This document shows positions 37,604 through 52,491 of a stretch of DNA of 64,000 bases, piece by piece; positions within the stretch are counted from its first letter, which is position 1, and every line of letters starts with the position of its first letter. This DNA is from Octopus sinensis (lineage: Eukaryota). The notes below the pieces were generated by a model. It did not search any database. It was not told the origin of the DNA and saw only the letters and a list, made by a program, of their open reading frames with translations. The stretch lies in assembly GCF_006345805.1 (NCBI RefSeq), contig NC_043006.1:54808001-54872000 (forward strand), read 5' to 3'. The translations under genes were made by a program, and so were the position numbers.

Positions 37604-37821
37604 TAAGGTGGCAAGGTGGCAGAATCGTTACTGTGCCAGACAAAAATGCTTAGCAGCATTTTTTCTGGCTTCATGTTCTTAGTTCAAATTTCACTGAGGC
37701 TAACTTTGCCTGTCATCCTACCGGGGTTGATAAAATAAGTACCAGTTGAGTACTGGAGTTGATGTAATTCACTAGCCCCCACCTCAAAATTTCAGGCTTT
37801 GTGCCTATAGTAGAAAGGATT

Positions 37822-37852
<31 letters not shown>

Positions 37853-39600
37853 TATTATTATTATTATTATTATTATTTTTTTTTTTTTGTAATATCAGTT
37901 GGCGAACTGGCAAAATTGTTACTGCACCTGACAGAATGCTTAGTGGCATTTCGCCTGTCTTTGCATTCTGAATTCAAATTCTATTGAGGTCAGCTTTACC
38001 TTTCATCCTTTTAGGGTTGATAAATTAAGTACCTGTTGAGCACTGGGGTCAATGTAGTTGACTAGCCCCCTCCTAAAGAAATTACTTATTACTCCTCCTA
38101 CTGCTACAGGATTGCAGAATTGGTAGAGTAGCAGACAAATTTCTTTAAGGCTTATACTAATGTTGCTCTAAATTCTGAGTTCAAATCCTGGTGAGGTTAA
38201 ATTTACATTTCATCTTTCTTGGGTGGGAGGTTCAGATAAATAAAAGAAAGAACTAGTCAAGTACTGTAGTTGATTTAATTGAGTCCTTTTGCTTATCTTA
38301 TTAAGGGTGGATGTTTGGCAACATCATTAGAGCTTTGGGAAAATTGCCTTGTGATATTTGTTCCTGCTGTTTAGGCTCTTGGTTCGAATCCCTCCAGCGG
38401 TCGGTAAAATAGAGTATCAGTCAAGTACTGGAATTAATGGTATCAACCCTTTCCACTCAAAACGACCAGCCTTGTGCCTACGGTAGAAACCATTATTATC
38501 ATCATCAGCATCATCGTCATCATCATGATCTCTGTTATCGTCGTCATGATTATCCTTTTTAATGTTATTATCATCATTAACATCATCATCATTATCATCA
38601 ATGAAATTTTTAGCTAAATGATTGTGTAAGTTTTTCACTGATTTTGGGGGGAGTTATAGGTTCGTCCCTTTTGCAAAGGGTTAAAAACGTAACCTCGAAA
38701 AGAACCAATCATACCTTGGATGATCGTTCATGTGTACACTGGCTGATGATGATGATAATGATGATGACTATAATAGAAATAATAATAATAATAATGATAA
38801 TAATAAATGTAATAATAATAATAATAATAATAATAAATGTAATAATAATGATAATAATAATATTAATAATAACAACGACAACAACAGCTTATATGAGGAA
38901 GTGAAGAAGTAAAATAAAAATTTTGTCTGTGTGTGAATATACACGCACACATACACACACAGTTGTAGTAAATTTTTTTAATATTTACTGTAATTATTAT
39001 GGGTGGTGAATTGGCAGAATCATTATAGCACAGGATGAAATGCTTTGTGGTATTTCTTCTGGCTGTTCTGAGTTGAGTTCAAATCCTGGCATGGTCAAAT
39101 TTGCATGTCAGCTGTCCAGGGCTTGCTAAAATAAAATATTAGTCAAGTAGTGATGAGGTTGATCTAAGTGATTAAATTCCGCCCCCAAATTCCAGGCCTT
39201 TGTACCTTTCTTAGAAACCATTAACATTAAAAAAACAATGGTTTGAATCCCGCCGAAGTCATCTTTGTCTTTCGTACATCTAAAATCTCTTGTAGGTCTT
39301 GTGCCTATGTCTGAAACAATAATGATAATAATAATAATAATAATAATAATGATAATAATGATAATAATAATATTGATGGCGGCAAGCTGGTAGAATCATT
39401 AGCATGGTAGCGGCATTTCTATTTATTCTGGTTTTACGTTCTGAGTTCAAATGCTGCCAAGGTAGACTTTACCTTTCATCTTTTTAGGGTCAATAAAATA
39501 AGTACCAGTCAAGTACCGGAGTTGATGTAATTGACTTCTTCGTACCCTCAAAAGCTGCTGGCCCTGTGCCAAAATTTGAAACCATTATTATTATTGTTGT
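37604..39600 (+). repeat. Head-to-tail array of about 7 family-1 SINE copies with ATT/CAT/AAT microsatellite spacers
   Basis: A/B-box heads or cores at about 37604, 37896, 38104, 38301, 39001, 39240 (partial) and 39376, all on +. Confidence 0.8.
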
Positions 39601-41299
39601 TGTTGTTGTTAGGGTTCTTTCAGGGGAAAAAGAATGTGAAAAATATCTGAACTGTGTTCCTCGTGTTATGTAACTTTACTGGAGTAAAACATATTGGTGT
39701 TGCAATGTTTTGGTTGTGTCAGTACATTTTGTACACATATGAGGTATATTCTAATTCCTCTTGATATTAAGGGAATAAATATATGAAGAAAAATTTAAAA
39801 AAAAAATTTTTTTTTTTACAAAAAATAAAACAGAAGTAAAAAAAAAACGACAAACATTAATAAATAAATCCTATCCCAGAAATAAGCTCTATACAATGAT
39901 GATTGCTCTGTTCACTTCGCAACAAACAATTAGGGTTAATAAACTCCAGATAATCACCTCTGATCCACCTGCCCACCCTTCCACCTTCAACAGTAAAAAG
40001 CAACAGATGGAAACAAAAATAAAATGTAAAGCAAACATTTAAACAAAAATAATTAAGCATGTATGTGCTAATCACACTTGATTGCATTCTTTTTATGTTT
40101 TTGTTTCATTGTTTATCTATGAAATGATGAAAGCAGAAGTGGGTGGTAGGTGGCTACGTAGATGCAATATATTCTTCTATCCTTTCACCCTCACTTTCTC
40201 TCTTTCCATACAATTGTGCAATAAGATATTATCTGTGTATAAATACATATGACACTTAAGTGCACACACAATACACCAACACACAAAACCGATGCATGCA
40301 CAGGAAAGCAAACAGACAAAACAAACAAGCAAGAATTCACATACATATATACATATATGTATATATATATATATGTATATATGTATGTGTATGTGTTTGT
40401 GTGTCTGTTTTTGTCCCCCCAACTTCGCTTGATAACCGATGCTGGTGTGTTACGTCCCCGTAACTTAGCGGTTTGGCAAAAGTGACCGAATAAGTCCTGG
40501 GGTCAATTTGCTCGACTAAAGGCGGTGCTCCAGCATAGCCACAGTCAAATGTGAAACAAGTAAAAGAGTACTTGTTTCACAGTCAAACAAGTAAAAAGTA
40601 AAGTGCAATGCAGTGGTGAGTAGTTTAGGACATAGTACTGTTATTAATGTCTAATTCTAAAATATACTACACTTTTCAACAATTGTATTTATATTAGTAT
40701 CACTCTATCCATCTCTCCACCACCATACTAGTATCACTGTTGCTACAATTATCTCCTCCGTTGGTCTCTTTTAATTAAGGATCTGATGTAAATTCTCTCC
40801 ACTTCTTTCCTACTATACCAAATATGTAATCAGTCTTCGAACAGTGACTACAACAACCTCTATAGCAGGCTACTCTTCTCTCTCTTCATCTTCACTACTT
40901 CTGTCTCTCTCTTTGTTTCTCTCTATTGTTTGGTCCTAGGTTAGTCTTGATTGAGCAGATCTCTACTTAAAAGTATTCCAGCCTCGACCATCCATACTCT
41001 GACCTCATAATCATATTGTTCAACTTCCCCTGAGACAGTACAGTGTGACTGGAGGAAGATTCAGCTTCTATTTCTTGCAGGTCAAGCAACTGTGTTAATT
41101 TATTGATAAATTAGACATTTGACTATTAAAGTCATGAGTTCTCATCTCATTGCAGTTGCTTACATCTTAATAGTTTTACGAACAAGATACTTCTCTTACC
41201 CAGGGACTTTCTCCTTAAGATGCACAAATATTACTTAACCTTTATGTTTATCATATTAACAATTTTTGTTGTTGTTGGTGTCATTTAACCCTAAGTTAG

Positions 41300-41490
41300 G
41301 CCAGATCATATGGACCTATGATGTTCAAAAGTACTCTAGCTGCAATCATCCTGTCTTTTCTTTTTTATAAATAGTGTATCTAGGACCACATTATCCAATA
41401 TTTCTTTCCCCTTTTTTAGGTATTAAAATGTGATATGAGGGGAATTTAGCTGCTATTTCTTGTAGTTTGAGTGGCCACATAGATACTTCC
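41300..41490. repeat. Representative copy of a short dispersed repeat (cores gacctatgatcaaag..attccagct and gctgctatttct(a/t)gcagg)
   Basis: Cores recur at about 16930, 17315, 19075, 24760, 40955, 41050, 45950, 46068 and 52965 in both orientations. Family not identified. Confidence 0.6.
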
Positions 41491-43627
41491 TCAATGTCTG
41501 CTATATTTCCAGCTCCTACATGTGAAACTCCATTGAAAATGTTGCCTTGGCCACTAATGATTATAAACCTGGTTGAGCTGTTTTCTTTCTGTGTAGTTGT
41601 TGTTAAACTATCAAAAATTCCCCAAAGAAGCGATTTGCTGAGGCAAAATGGAAATATTGAAGGATTGTGTTCTTTCTTGTTCTGCAAATTACTCGGCAAT
41701 CCTTCTAGTACTGGTGGCACAAAAATAAAAAAGGAAAAGCATCCCGCACATACTATAAAGTGGTTGGCATTAGGAAGGGCATCCGGTCATAGAAACCAGA
41801 GTAAAGCTGACATGGAGTATTTTCTTCGGGAGCTTTGGAGAGATGGTGATATTTGTAATAATAGCAATGTGAATTCCAAGGAGTTTGATACCAAGAAGTT
41901 AGTTATCACAACGAATTCTAAAAAAAAGAGAGTTATCATGGTTCTAAAGTGTCACCATTGATAGTTTCAAAAAGTTACCATTCTTATATTTATTTCCTTA
42001 GAATTATAAGACTTGTATAACATTATTATGGTGGTGGAGTGGCAGAGATGGTAAGAGTGTCTGACTAAATGTCTTATAGTGTTCAGTTATGTCCCTTTAT
42101 GTTCTGAGTTTCAATACTGGTGGTGGTGGTGATGGTAAGGGTGGATTTTGCCTGTCTTACTTTTAGGGTTCTTTGAGATGGGGAGAGTGTAATATAAACC
42201 AACTTTGTGTCTCTCCTACATATATGTAGACTTGAGTTGGAGCTAGAAATTATTTGATAATCACAGTAAGCTGACAAATGGTTTGCGAAAAATCTGTAGT
42301 ATGCTACTAACACATACACACGGATATATATATAAGTACAATATATGCATGTGTTTGTGTGTGTGTGAATGTAAACACACACATACATACATACATACAT
42401 TCATGCATGCATGCATACATAGCAGACTGATTTGCATTTACTAGATACAATCAATCAGAAGAACAATGAAAATGTGTAAAACATTTCAGGGTTTCTCCAT
42501 TTGTGGTTAGTGACCAGCTTCAATTCTGAAAAGGTTAAAAACTTAATAAATCCTCTCAAGAAAATATACATATAGTTCGTTAGAAAGTCCTCGTACAATT
42601 TGAAATATTTATATATGACAAAATTAATGTGTAAAGAACATTTACAAACCTGACACATCTATTTTATTGTCACCAATCACAAATTTTACTATAATTGTTC
42701 GAACTTATAAAGAACTATTAATTTATTTTATGAGGAATATGTAAAGACTAATATTTAGTGAATTAAACCTTGTTCTATAAATGATTCTGCAGGTTAGGAT
42801 AATTAATGTGTTATAAAATATAACTGAAAGTCAGTTGGGATGAAATTTTAGAATAGAATTAAATTATAGTTTTATATATAATGATGGTGGGCATGTTGAA
42901 ACTTAAGTCACAAGATTCTATTTAAAAGTCAAATAAATTCTGCCACTTATTCCTTTCATACATTTATTTTATTATACATAGGACTAATGTTAAACAAACT
43001 GAGAATGATCCTATATAGAAAATGTGTGTGTGTGTGTGCTATATAGCAACAGCTGCATGTAGATTAGGTTTTACAAATGAAGGAGTGAAATATTCAAATA
43101 CTGAAAGAGTACATTTACATTTTGAGTTTGAAAATTTATAGCATTATTACATGATAGTTTAAAATGTCCAATTTGAAGTGTGTGCATGTATCTCACACAC
43201 ACATGCATGCACATACACACACACACACTTTCTCTTCCTCCCTCTCTCTCTCTCTCCATCATCTCTATTTGTCATCCTTCTTTCCTCTGACCTTGACACT
43301 ATCAGCACTGCTTCTCCAATCCCTGTCCGTAGCTCTCTCTTATTCACCCTTCTCCTGCCACCCTGCATTACTTTTAATATTTCCTTTACCTTCTAAACTC
43401 TTCTCCCTTACCAATTTGTTTCGCACACAATCCCTTTACAGCAACACTTTACAATTTTCCAGCCTTCCCTCTCTGCCAAAACCAATATATATTGACTCAA
43501 TTCTTAGTTTCTAAAACATACCTTCTTTGTCGATACTTTATGCACATATGCTTTCTGAAACATTGGTTGTCATATTGTAATAATATGAATAAATCCATGT
43601 GTATATATTCATACATACATACATACA

Positions 43628-43658
<31 letters not shown>

Positions 43659-46468
43659 GTATGTACACACACATGCACACACTCACACACACACACACAG
43701 ATATATGTTCATACATAAACATATACCAATGCATATATACGTGTACAAGAAAATTAGGTGGTGTAGATGAATGGCATATGAGAGTGGTACTAACCATCTG
43801 CAGAGATACAGCGAGCAAAATGAGAATTGTAAATGAGTTCAGTAATGATGATGGTGATGATGATGATGATGATGATGATGTATATCATCATCATCACATT
43901 CATAATCAGTTAATGTCTGTTTTCTATGCTGGCATGGATTGGATGGTTTGACAGGAACTAGCAAGCTAAAGGACTGTGCCAAACTCTACTGTCAGCTGGA
44001 TGCTCTTTCTGATGCCAACCACTTTACAGAGTGTGCTGGCTGCTTTTTTATGTGGCACCAGCACCGGTAAGGTCACCTCAGTAACTTGCAAGACAAAGGC
44101 CCCTCAATTGAGAGGAGAAGTATTGAAGGAGGTGGCTTTGTGTTAGTTGATGACATAAAATATAATAGGGGGATAGAGATTGGTGTCGTGCTGTAGAGGA
44201 GATACATGGCTACCTTGTATACACTCGCACACACAATATGTATGTGTGCATATATATATATATAGATAGATAGATAGAGATATGTTAAAGTAGATGTGCA
44301 TGATATATATCATGCACATACACTCACATACATGTATGTATGTTTCTCTGATTGATGGGCAATTTGAATTTTCTAACCTGCAGTCTGTTGTTACTTGTTG
44401 TAAGACTGTCATTCACTTCTGCTCAATGTGAAATATTCCCAGTGAACACCGTTGATGTTCAGAGACTTTTAAGATTGTTTCTTGTGTTACCATGAAATCT
44501 CTTCATTGGTTGTTCACAGGAGAGACCGTCTGAGAACTAATTCTCCATTTTAATCACAAGTGTGTAGTACAAGGTTACAATGCTATTGTTTCAACCCCTG
44601 GTCATCCTTGGGTGCTGTTATATATCTTTTTTCTATAGTAGCCTAGTTTATATAAATCTGTTTTGAAGGTTGCCATTAACTGTTGAGCTAGTTATTAGTA
44701 AATAATATTTAAATGATGCTATAGTTATATTCAACAATAAATGAGAAAATGAAACAAAAAGGTATGTAGTGTAAATCATGGTTGCTAGAGTATGACACTT
44801 CACACTTGCATTTTGTATTGAGCATTACATATAAAAGTTATGCACTTCAACTGAATTAATTTCAGGGAAGAATAAAATATAAATATATATAATATACATG
44901 TATCAATGTATGTGTATATGCATGCATATACACATACTCGTGTGTATGTATGTATGTATATATGTATATATATGCATACATACACACACACACTATATAT
45001 ATATATACACACATACACAAAGACACACACTCACAATATATATATATAACATTATTTTACTTGATATTTTCCTCCAATCTAAAGGTTTGCTAATGTACAA
45101 AAAGTAGGATTCAGCCAAAATTCTTTACTAAATTTAAAAAAAAACTACCACCACCACCATACCACTGCTAACAGCACTGCAATATAAACTCATCAAGTTC
45201 TGTTTTATGAAAAAAAAAAACCATTTTGCAAACTAACCCAAATTGATCTTGAATCTGGCCTCAGAACACAAATTCAGGTAACCAAATATCAGCAGCTTTC
45301 AGCTAAATTCTATGTTATTAACCATGTTTATTTATAGGGTGACATAACTCTCTACTTCACTGATGTATTTATTTATATATTTGGTTTGTTTCCTTCTTTA
45401 TTTTGCTTAGATGTTTGTATTTTTTTCTTATAATTTTGTTTTTGAAGAAATTCTGGCTTTGTAATTTAGTTGCTAAATAATTTAGGAAGACACAATCATT
45501 ATAATTAAGAACTATAAGGCAGCCACCTGGCAGAATCAGCACCATGCTGCGCTAAATGCTTAGCAGCATTTGTCTTTACATTCTGAGTTCAAATTCCACT
45601 GAGGTTGACTTTGCCCTTCATCCTTTCGGGGTTGATAAAATAAGTACCCCTTGATCAATGAGGTCAATATAATTGTCTTACCCTTACCACCCAAAATTGC
45701 TGGCCTTGTGCCAAAATTTGAAATCATTATTATTAAGTACTTCCAGTCCAGTATTGGCTGCTCTTCCTACTGTAACAGCTAAACTAGATACCAGTAACAT
45801 GCAGGGGCGTGTAAATAAGCACCAGTAATGTACTTAGTTGAGTTTAACCAACTATCTGTAGTTGGCCTTGTTGCTCAGTCAAAGCATAAATTATTATTGG
45901 GGGAAAGTGCAACATGTTTGTTGTTTTAGCTCAAAGTTGGTCCTGAATAGACCCTTTATCAATGATATCCCAGCTGTGATTTTCTTGTCTTTTCCTTTTT
46001 ATATCATTCTAGCCACAGTGTATTTAGTACCATATATTATCCAATGTCTCTTTTATTAAGACAGTAGGGTGTGATTTGAAGGAGATTTTTAGCAAGTTGA
46101 TTGGTTTATGGATAAATACAAGAAAGTAATTAAAAAAAAACATTTAGAAAAGGTTTGAAGCTTCCTATTTCCTTTTAGCTATGAATCTAAGCTTTCATGA
46201 CTATTTAAAAATTACTTTTTAATTAATTTCTTTACTTTTTATGGTTTGTTTTTAATTAAATCACTGAAGTACGAGAGTTGATTGTCACACTGTACAATAT
46301 TACTAGAGCTCAATATATCACACAGTTGGGGATTGGAGTCTGAGTTTAGCCAGACTGATTAGCGTTCAAAATACTGGTGCATTATTCGACAAAACAAAAT
46401 CTTAATTTTGTTGAATTAAAAAATAAAATGGTTTTTGCTATGAAATTCCATATTTCCTTGCATTTTAA

Positions 46469-46691
46469 CTCTTTTGATACCAACCCTCTTGGGACTGTCC
46501 CTGGTTCTATGATACAGGCTTCTTGTTTTAAAGTGATCTAAATCATAACCCTGCATCAAAATTTTATGTAAATTTAAGTTCCAAAAACCAGTTTAATAAT
46601 GAGTAAATTAGTTTACTAAATTCTTCATTATTTTCAAAATTAATTAAAACAAAAGCAGTGTTATTTCAATACGAATATGGTAGCAAGAGGG
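46469..46691. mobile_element. piggyBac-like MITE (family B, opposite orientation, more diverged)
   Basis: TTAA on both flanks, degenerate TIRs, internal similarity to the reverse complement of 11543-11764. Confidence 0.7.
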
Positions 46692-49600
46692 TTAAACTCA
46701 AATAGAGATATATAAGAGAAAAATTTCAGTATAGTTTGACTAAAATTCTTCAAGGCAGTGCCATAGCAAAGCTGCAGTCAAATTACTGAAGCAAGTAAAA
46801 GATAAAAGATTAAAAAAAAAAAAAAAAATTCTACCAATCTATTTGTGATTCCAGACCCTGTTTTATCAGTTCTGTACTGAGAGTGAGAAAATACAGTGGG
46901 GGAAATTTGAGCTTTGTTTTTTAACTTGTGAATCTTACCAAAACTTTTATACTGTACTTGTACTTTTTTTTTTGTATTATTGTTGATTAATTTTCCCTTT
47001 GTATATTTCATGGTGTCAACAGTTTTTCTTGGTATCTGGAAGTTTTAAGACTTTCTTTCAACCATCAAATTAACTGATGCTTAAGTAAAAATGCTTAGCA
47101 AAAAAAAAAAAAAAAGAAGAAAAAAGCGCAGAGGAACAAATAAAATGAATTATCCAATAATTTATTTATACATAAAATTATATATATAACTCTCATATAT
47201 GTATAAATATATACATGCACTCTGTATGTATCTATATAAAGCTAACCTACATATAACTATGTATGTATAATGCTATAATTATACATATAATAAAGCTATA
47301 TATATATGAACTGTTTTTTGGGAGGTTTATTCTGCCAATAAACTGAATATGCACTGTTAGAAAAAACCCGGAAATATTTGGTCTTTCATATCCTGAGATA
47401 TTTTCACAAATTTACCAGAAAAAAAATTATTTTTGTTCTTTGAAAAAATAAATAAATAAACCAATCCAAACAAAACCAAAAACTTCACACTTCTTTTGGA
47501 TACTTGCTTACTCTTTGTCTCTTGTTAGTTACTATCTCTCTTTCTCTCTCCAACATTGTTGAGTTGAAGAAGGCAATCAAAAATATTACTTATAACCATC
47601 TGTTTCTTTTAAACTCTAGTTTTTAGTTCTATTTGCAGTTTGTACTAATTATTTATTTTCCAAAATAAATCTGTATTTAAATAAAAACAAACAAACAAAA
47701 TAAATTCTAGAATTTTTATTTTGATTTTATTATTTTCTGGCTTGTTTTTATATTTTTCGATGACCTCTCAAATATCACATTATATATACATTAATATAAA
47801 CATATAATTCATTATTAGTGATGGAAGCAGTATTAGTTCAAATTAGCATTCTGTATCATCGTACTTAGAAAATATTATATTTCTGTATTTTTTAACACTA
47901 TATACAAGATGCTTTCTCAAGACAAATATTGCAGTTTCCAGGTTTCCTACAGTATATCTGCATGAAATATGATATACAGAATGCTTATCATCATCATCAT
48001 CATCATTGTTGTTTAATGTCTGCCTTCAATGCTGGCCTGGGTTGGACGGTTTAACAGGAGCCAACCAGGTAGAAGACTACATGAGATTTATGTGTCTGTT
48101 TCAAGTATGATTTTTATGGCTGGATGCCCTTCCTTTAACACCAACCACTCTGCAGAGTGAACTGAGTGCTTTTTCAAGGCACCAGCACAGGTGAAGTCAG
48201 TTTTAGCATGATTTTTACAGCTGGATGCCCTTCCAGATGCCAACCACTTCACAATGTGAACTGGATGCTTTTTACATATGTATATGTATGTATGTCCTTT
48301 TTCTAAAAGAAACAGCATTTTGGTAACTTAAATTTTCACTGAAGTCAAACTCTGTTCACTTAAAGAATCATCCAAGAATGGTTTTTTTGGTAAATACATT
48401 AAAATTTCTGATAAGTTACCTGTAAAGGCATACATGCACATACATTATTGTCTTCTGTAAAATTATATGCATCCACAGCCATATTGTCGCCTATTCTCCC
48501 AGTTAAATCCCAGTGCTTCCTAAACCTTTTGAAGTTGGCCATTGCTTCTAATACCTCCCATCCATCCCCCAAAGTTGAACATGTTTATTTGAAAATATTT
48601 TTTAAATGACAAAAAACAAAACAAAACAAAAAAAACCTACATTTTTAGGTGTTCAACAATAAAATAATTTAACCATTTAAAATTCTGAACAGTAACATTT
48701 GAAAATCAAAACATGGTATAAAAGTATTTAAAAAAATCTTTGTATGATTAAATTATTTGAAACTATTAGTTTTATCATTCTGGTCCTCATTTCTTTAATT
48801 TAAAAAAAGTAAAAACAGAAAAGCTTTATTCTTCACATTGTAATGTTTTAATATATATCATGAATCAAGACACAGCTGTCTTTAAAAAAACTTTTAAGTA
48901 AAAATTACTCTCTTCATCTCCAGTAAATTGTATTTTATGTTTGTCATCTTGGAAATACTGTGATACATGGTCCATGCTCCATATTTAAAAATAAACTTAG
49001 ACACCATTCTTCAAGTTCAATCTTTTGTTATACATAAAACTGTGAGTGAAGTTGCCTTTAACTGAGTCAATATGATCTTGGTGTTCTCTATTGTCCCATT
49101 GAAAGGATTAATTTAAGCTTGTATCTCATTGTTGGTGCTATGCAGTTCCTTGGTTAAACTACTTAATTTTCTGTTACACAATGTTGAGGTGGTTCACTTA
49201 TACCGCTCTATCTAGGTGCTAAGCAGTGGGATCACTGCATAAAGAATGTAATCATTTTTCTTAGCTTCTAGTGCTGGACTGAAATCCTTTCATGGGCCTT
49301 GAAATGGCAACAACTAATCACTCCAGTGTATTCTTGCTTTTCAATCAGGTCATTAATCATCATTGTTTAACGTCTGCTTTCCATGCTGGCATGAGTTGGG
49401 ACGGTTTGATATGGAGCTGTCCAGACTCCAATTGTCTTTGTGGCGTTGTTTCTATGGCTGGATGCCCTTCCTAATGCCAGCCACTTAACAGAGTGTGCTG
49501 GGTGTTTTTTTATGTGCCACTGGCATGGGTTCTTTTTATGGGGCACCAGCACCAGAAAGGACAAGCCTGTATGTGTGGAAAATAGCAATGTCCTTAAACC

Positions 49601-52491
49601 CCAATGAATTTCAGACATTGCTTTCTGTAGCATTACAACACTCATTATATCAACTGATATGTTTATGATAATTAGTGAGTTGTAATTAATAGCAAACACA
49701 AATTAAATACATGAAAAATGTATGTGTAGTTAACATTTCAAAAAGCAAATATACTAGATAAGAATTGGAGCATTTATTCCAAATTTGAATATACTGAACA
49801 TTGCACTATATTTATAAGCTTGTATATTATCTTCATTCTAAGTTTTGCAAGCCATCTGGCTTCATTATATTTAGACGAAATGTGTGTGTGTGTGTGTGTG
49901 TATGTACAATAATCTGATTAATTGATTAAACTGATAAGCCAAATACAAGCTGTGTCTGCTTCTTACAAAACTGAAAGGAAAATATTTTTTTCTTTTAGCC
50001 TTCAGAATATCGCAGCTAAAAGAAAAAAAAATATTTACCTTACATAATCAAGAGTATACTTGTAAGAACACCTGATTTAAAGTGTTATGTATTACACTCT
50101 GAACACACACACACACACACAATATATTTAAATATCTTAGTTCTGTACAGTATGAAGGCCCAATATGGTGAGCGAATATACTTGTGGCAGCTGCAGTAGA
50201 GCTATACTGATAGAGTGCCTTCATCTCTATTGTGCAGGCTCTACACATATGCTCCAAAACATCTTGGCTCTAACTCAGAAATTATGCTGGGCTAAAATGC
50301 TTTATAATATATTAAACACATTTCAAATTTGATCAACAGTCTATAAGCTATTTAGTGCATTCTGGAAATAATCATTTTCGACTATTTGTCAATTTTGTAT
50401 CAGTGTGTTGATTCTTGACAGATATATGTAGCAATGTAAGAGTTTAGCTGATGAAATTGCGATTAGAACTGAAATAGCTGTACACTAGCTGTTGCAATAA
50501 TGTTCTTTGCTTTGTATTTTTAATATAGTCTTGCTGTTGCAAAGATTCTGAATTAAAAAGATATTATTATTATTGAACTTTATATAAAAGTTGATAGATC
50601 ATGCTTCTTTGTAGAAGGCTTACTTTTCCAATGTAATTTAAAAGGAGAGGAGTAGTGAAAATAGGGACAACCTATTTCTATTGAAGATCAATTAATTTTT
50701 TATATTAAAAGCAGAAAATATTTTTAAATGTTAAATGCTTGTACTAAACTTTCCATTGTATTTGCTTTCTGCAGTATTGTTGACGGAAATAGTCAACTTT
50801 TTGAGCCAATGATGTTTTCTTCTTGCCAGTTTTATTAGTGGAGGAAATTTCTTTCTTCACAAACTGAAAATGACTATAAACCAGTTTCAATTTTTTTTGT
50901 TAAGTGTAAGGAGATGAGCTGGCAAAACTGTTAGCACATTGGACTAAATGCTTAGTGACATTTCTTATGATTCATTACATTTGGAGTTCAAATTTTACTG
51001 AGGTTAACTTTGCCTTTCATCCTTACAGGGTCGATAAAATAAGTACCAGTCAAGCACTGGGGTTGATGTAATCAACTAATCCCATCCCCTAAAAAAAAAA
51101 GAGAAACTGCTGGCATTGTGCCAAAATTAGAAACCAATTTTTTGTTGAATGTATGTTTGAACTATGATGCATAGAAACAAAACAGTAATTTGTGTATTTA
51201 TATTGTAATACACAGATACATAAATATTAAAAATACATAAATATATTTTTCACAGAATTGATATAAAGATAATTTGTGATAGTTACTGTGATGTATCTTT
51301 CACAATTATCTCTGGTCAAAATTATTATCTACCAATTGGTAAATGAGGTGAATATTTTGTCCTTGTCACAGTAAACAGGTAGTTATCTCTTTGCCAAACA
51401 TACCTGATAGATTATCCTGTCAAAGGTGAATTAATCTGTTCAATCATAATGGTCAATAAATCTTTTACACAAAGAAGAAAAAAAAAGAAAAAAAGTGTGG
51501 AAAAAATTCATTTATTGGTCACAAATGATAACAGAAATGTTGAATTTTTTTAACTGTATTTTTTTTACTTCTTGTTTAGTTGTTTTTGCTATTGTTATTT
51601 CTGTAGCTGTTGTTTTACAAATTAATAATGACTGGATTTTTTATTCAAAGTATCTTGTTTTTAATTATTGTTGTTGTTATTTTACCAACTGTCAGCATGA
51701 AAACTTACATTTACCATAACTGAATTTTCAGGTCTCATTAGGAATCTATATTAAAATAAAAGTTAGAATTTGGTTTTAAAACAGGAAAAGCAATATCAAT
51801 GAAATTCATCTCCTGGATATTCTACTTTCACTGTTTGGGTTAACCACTTCAGCTGTATAGCCAAGAGCTTGTTTTCTAACTACAGGGTTTTACCTTCAGT
51901 CACACTGTGTGGCACCCTGGACAAGTATCTTCTACTGTAACCCTGGGCTGTCCAAAACCTCATCAGTGGATTTGATAAATGGAAGCTGAAAGAAACCAGA
52001 TGCATATAAAGGCGATCTTTCAGAGAAGGTGTATCAAAACTGAAAGTATTTGGCAATTTCTGCAAAAATCTTTTATTTCTTTAATCCCCCCTTCCCCGCT
52101 GAAACACTTATGTTTATGTATTTTTTTGTATATGTATGTATGTGTGTGTTATATGAACATATGCATGCATGTGCAAATAGGTGTCTGCATGAGAGTATTT
52201 GTCTCCTTCACTTAACATCACGTTAGTTGTAAATGACTGTCACCATCATAAAAACAAATGGTGATGTTCATTTCCACTCTTCCACAAAAACATGTCTGGC
52301 TGTGAAGGAATATTGCCTCAGAAACAGGTTGAAGACTGGTGGCAGGAAGGCCATGTTGACTGTAGAAAATCTGCCTCAATGAATTCTGTCTGACCCAAGC
52401 AAACATGGAAAAGTGGATGCTGAAAATGCTGTTGATTACTTGAATATATTTTATTGCATTATTTCAATGGAAAGCTATCGTAAATCATGTT

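Noticed and set aside
41391-41961. Two overlapping ORFs of 109 and 164 aa
   Set aside because: Partly built from dispersed repeats; no motifs or splice logic.
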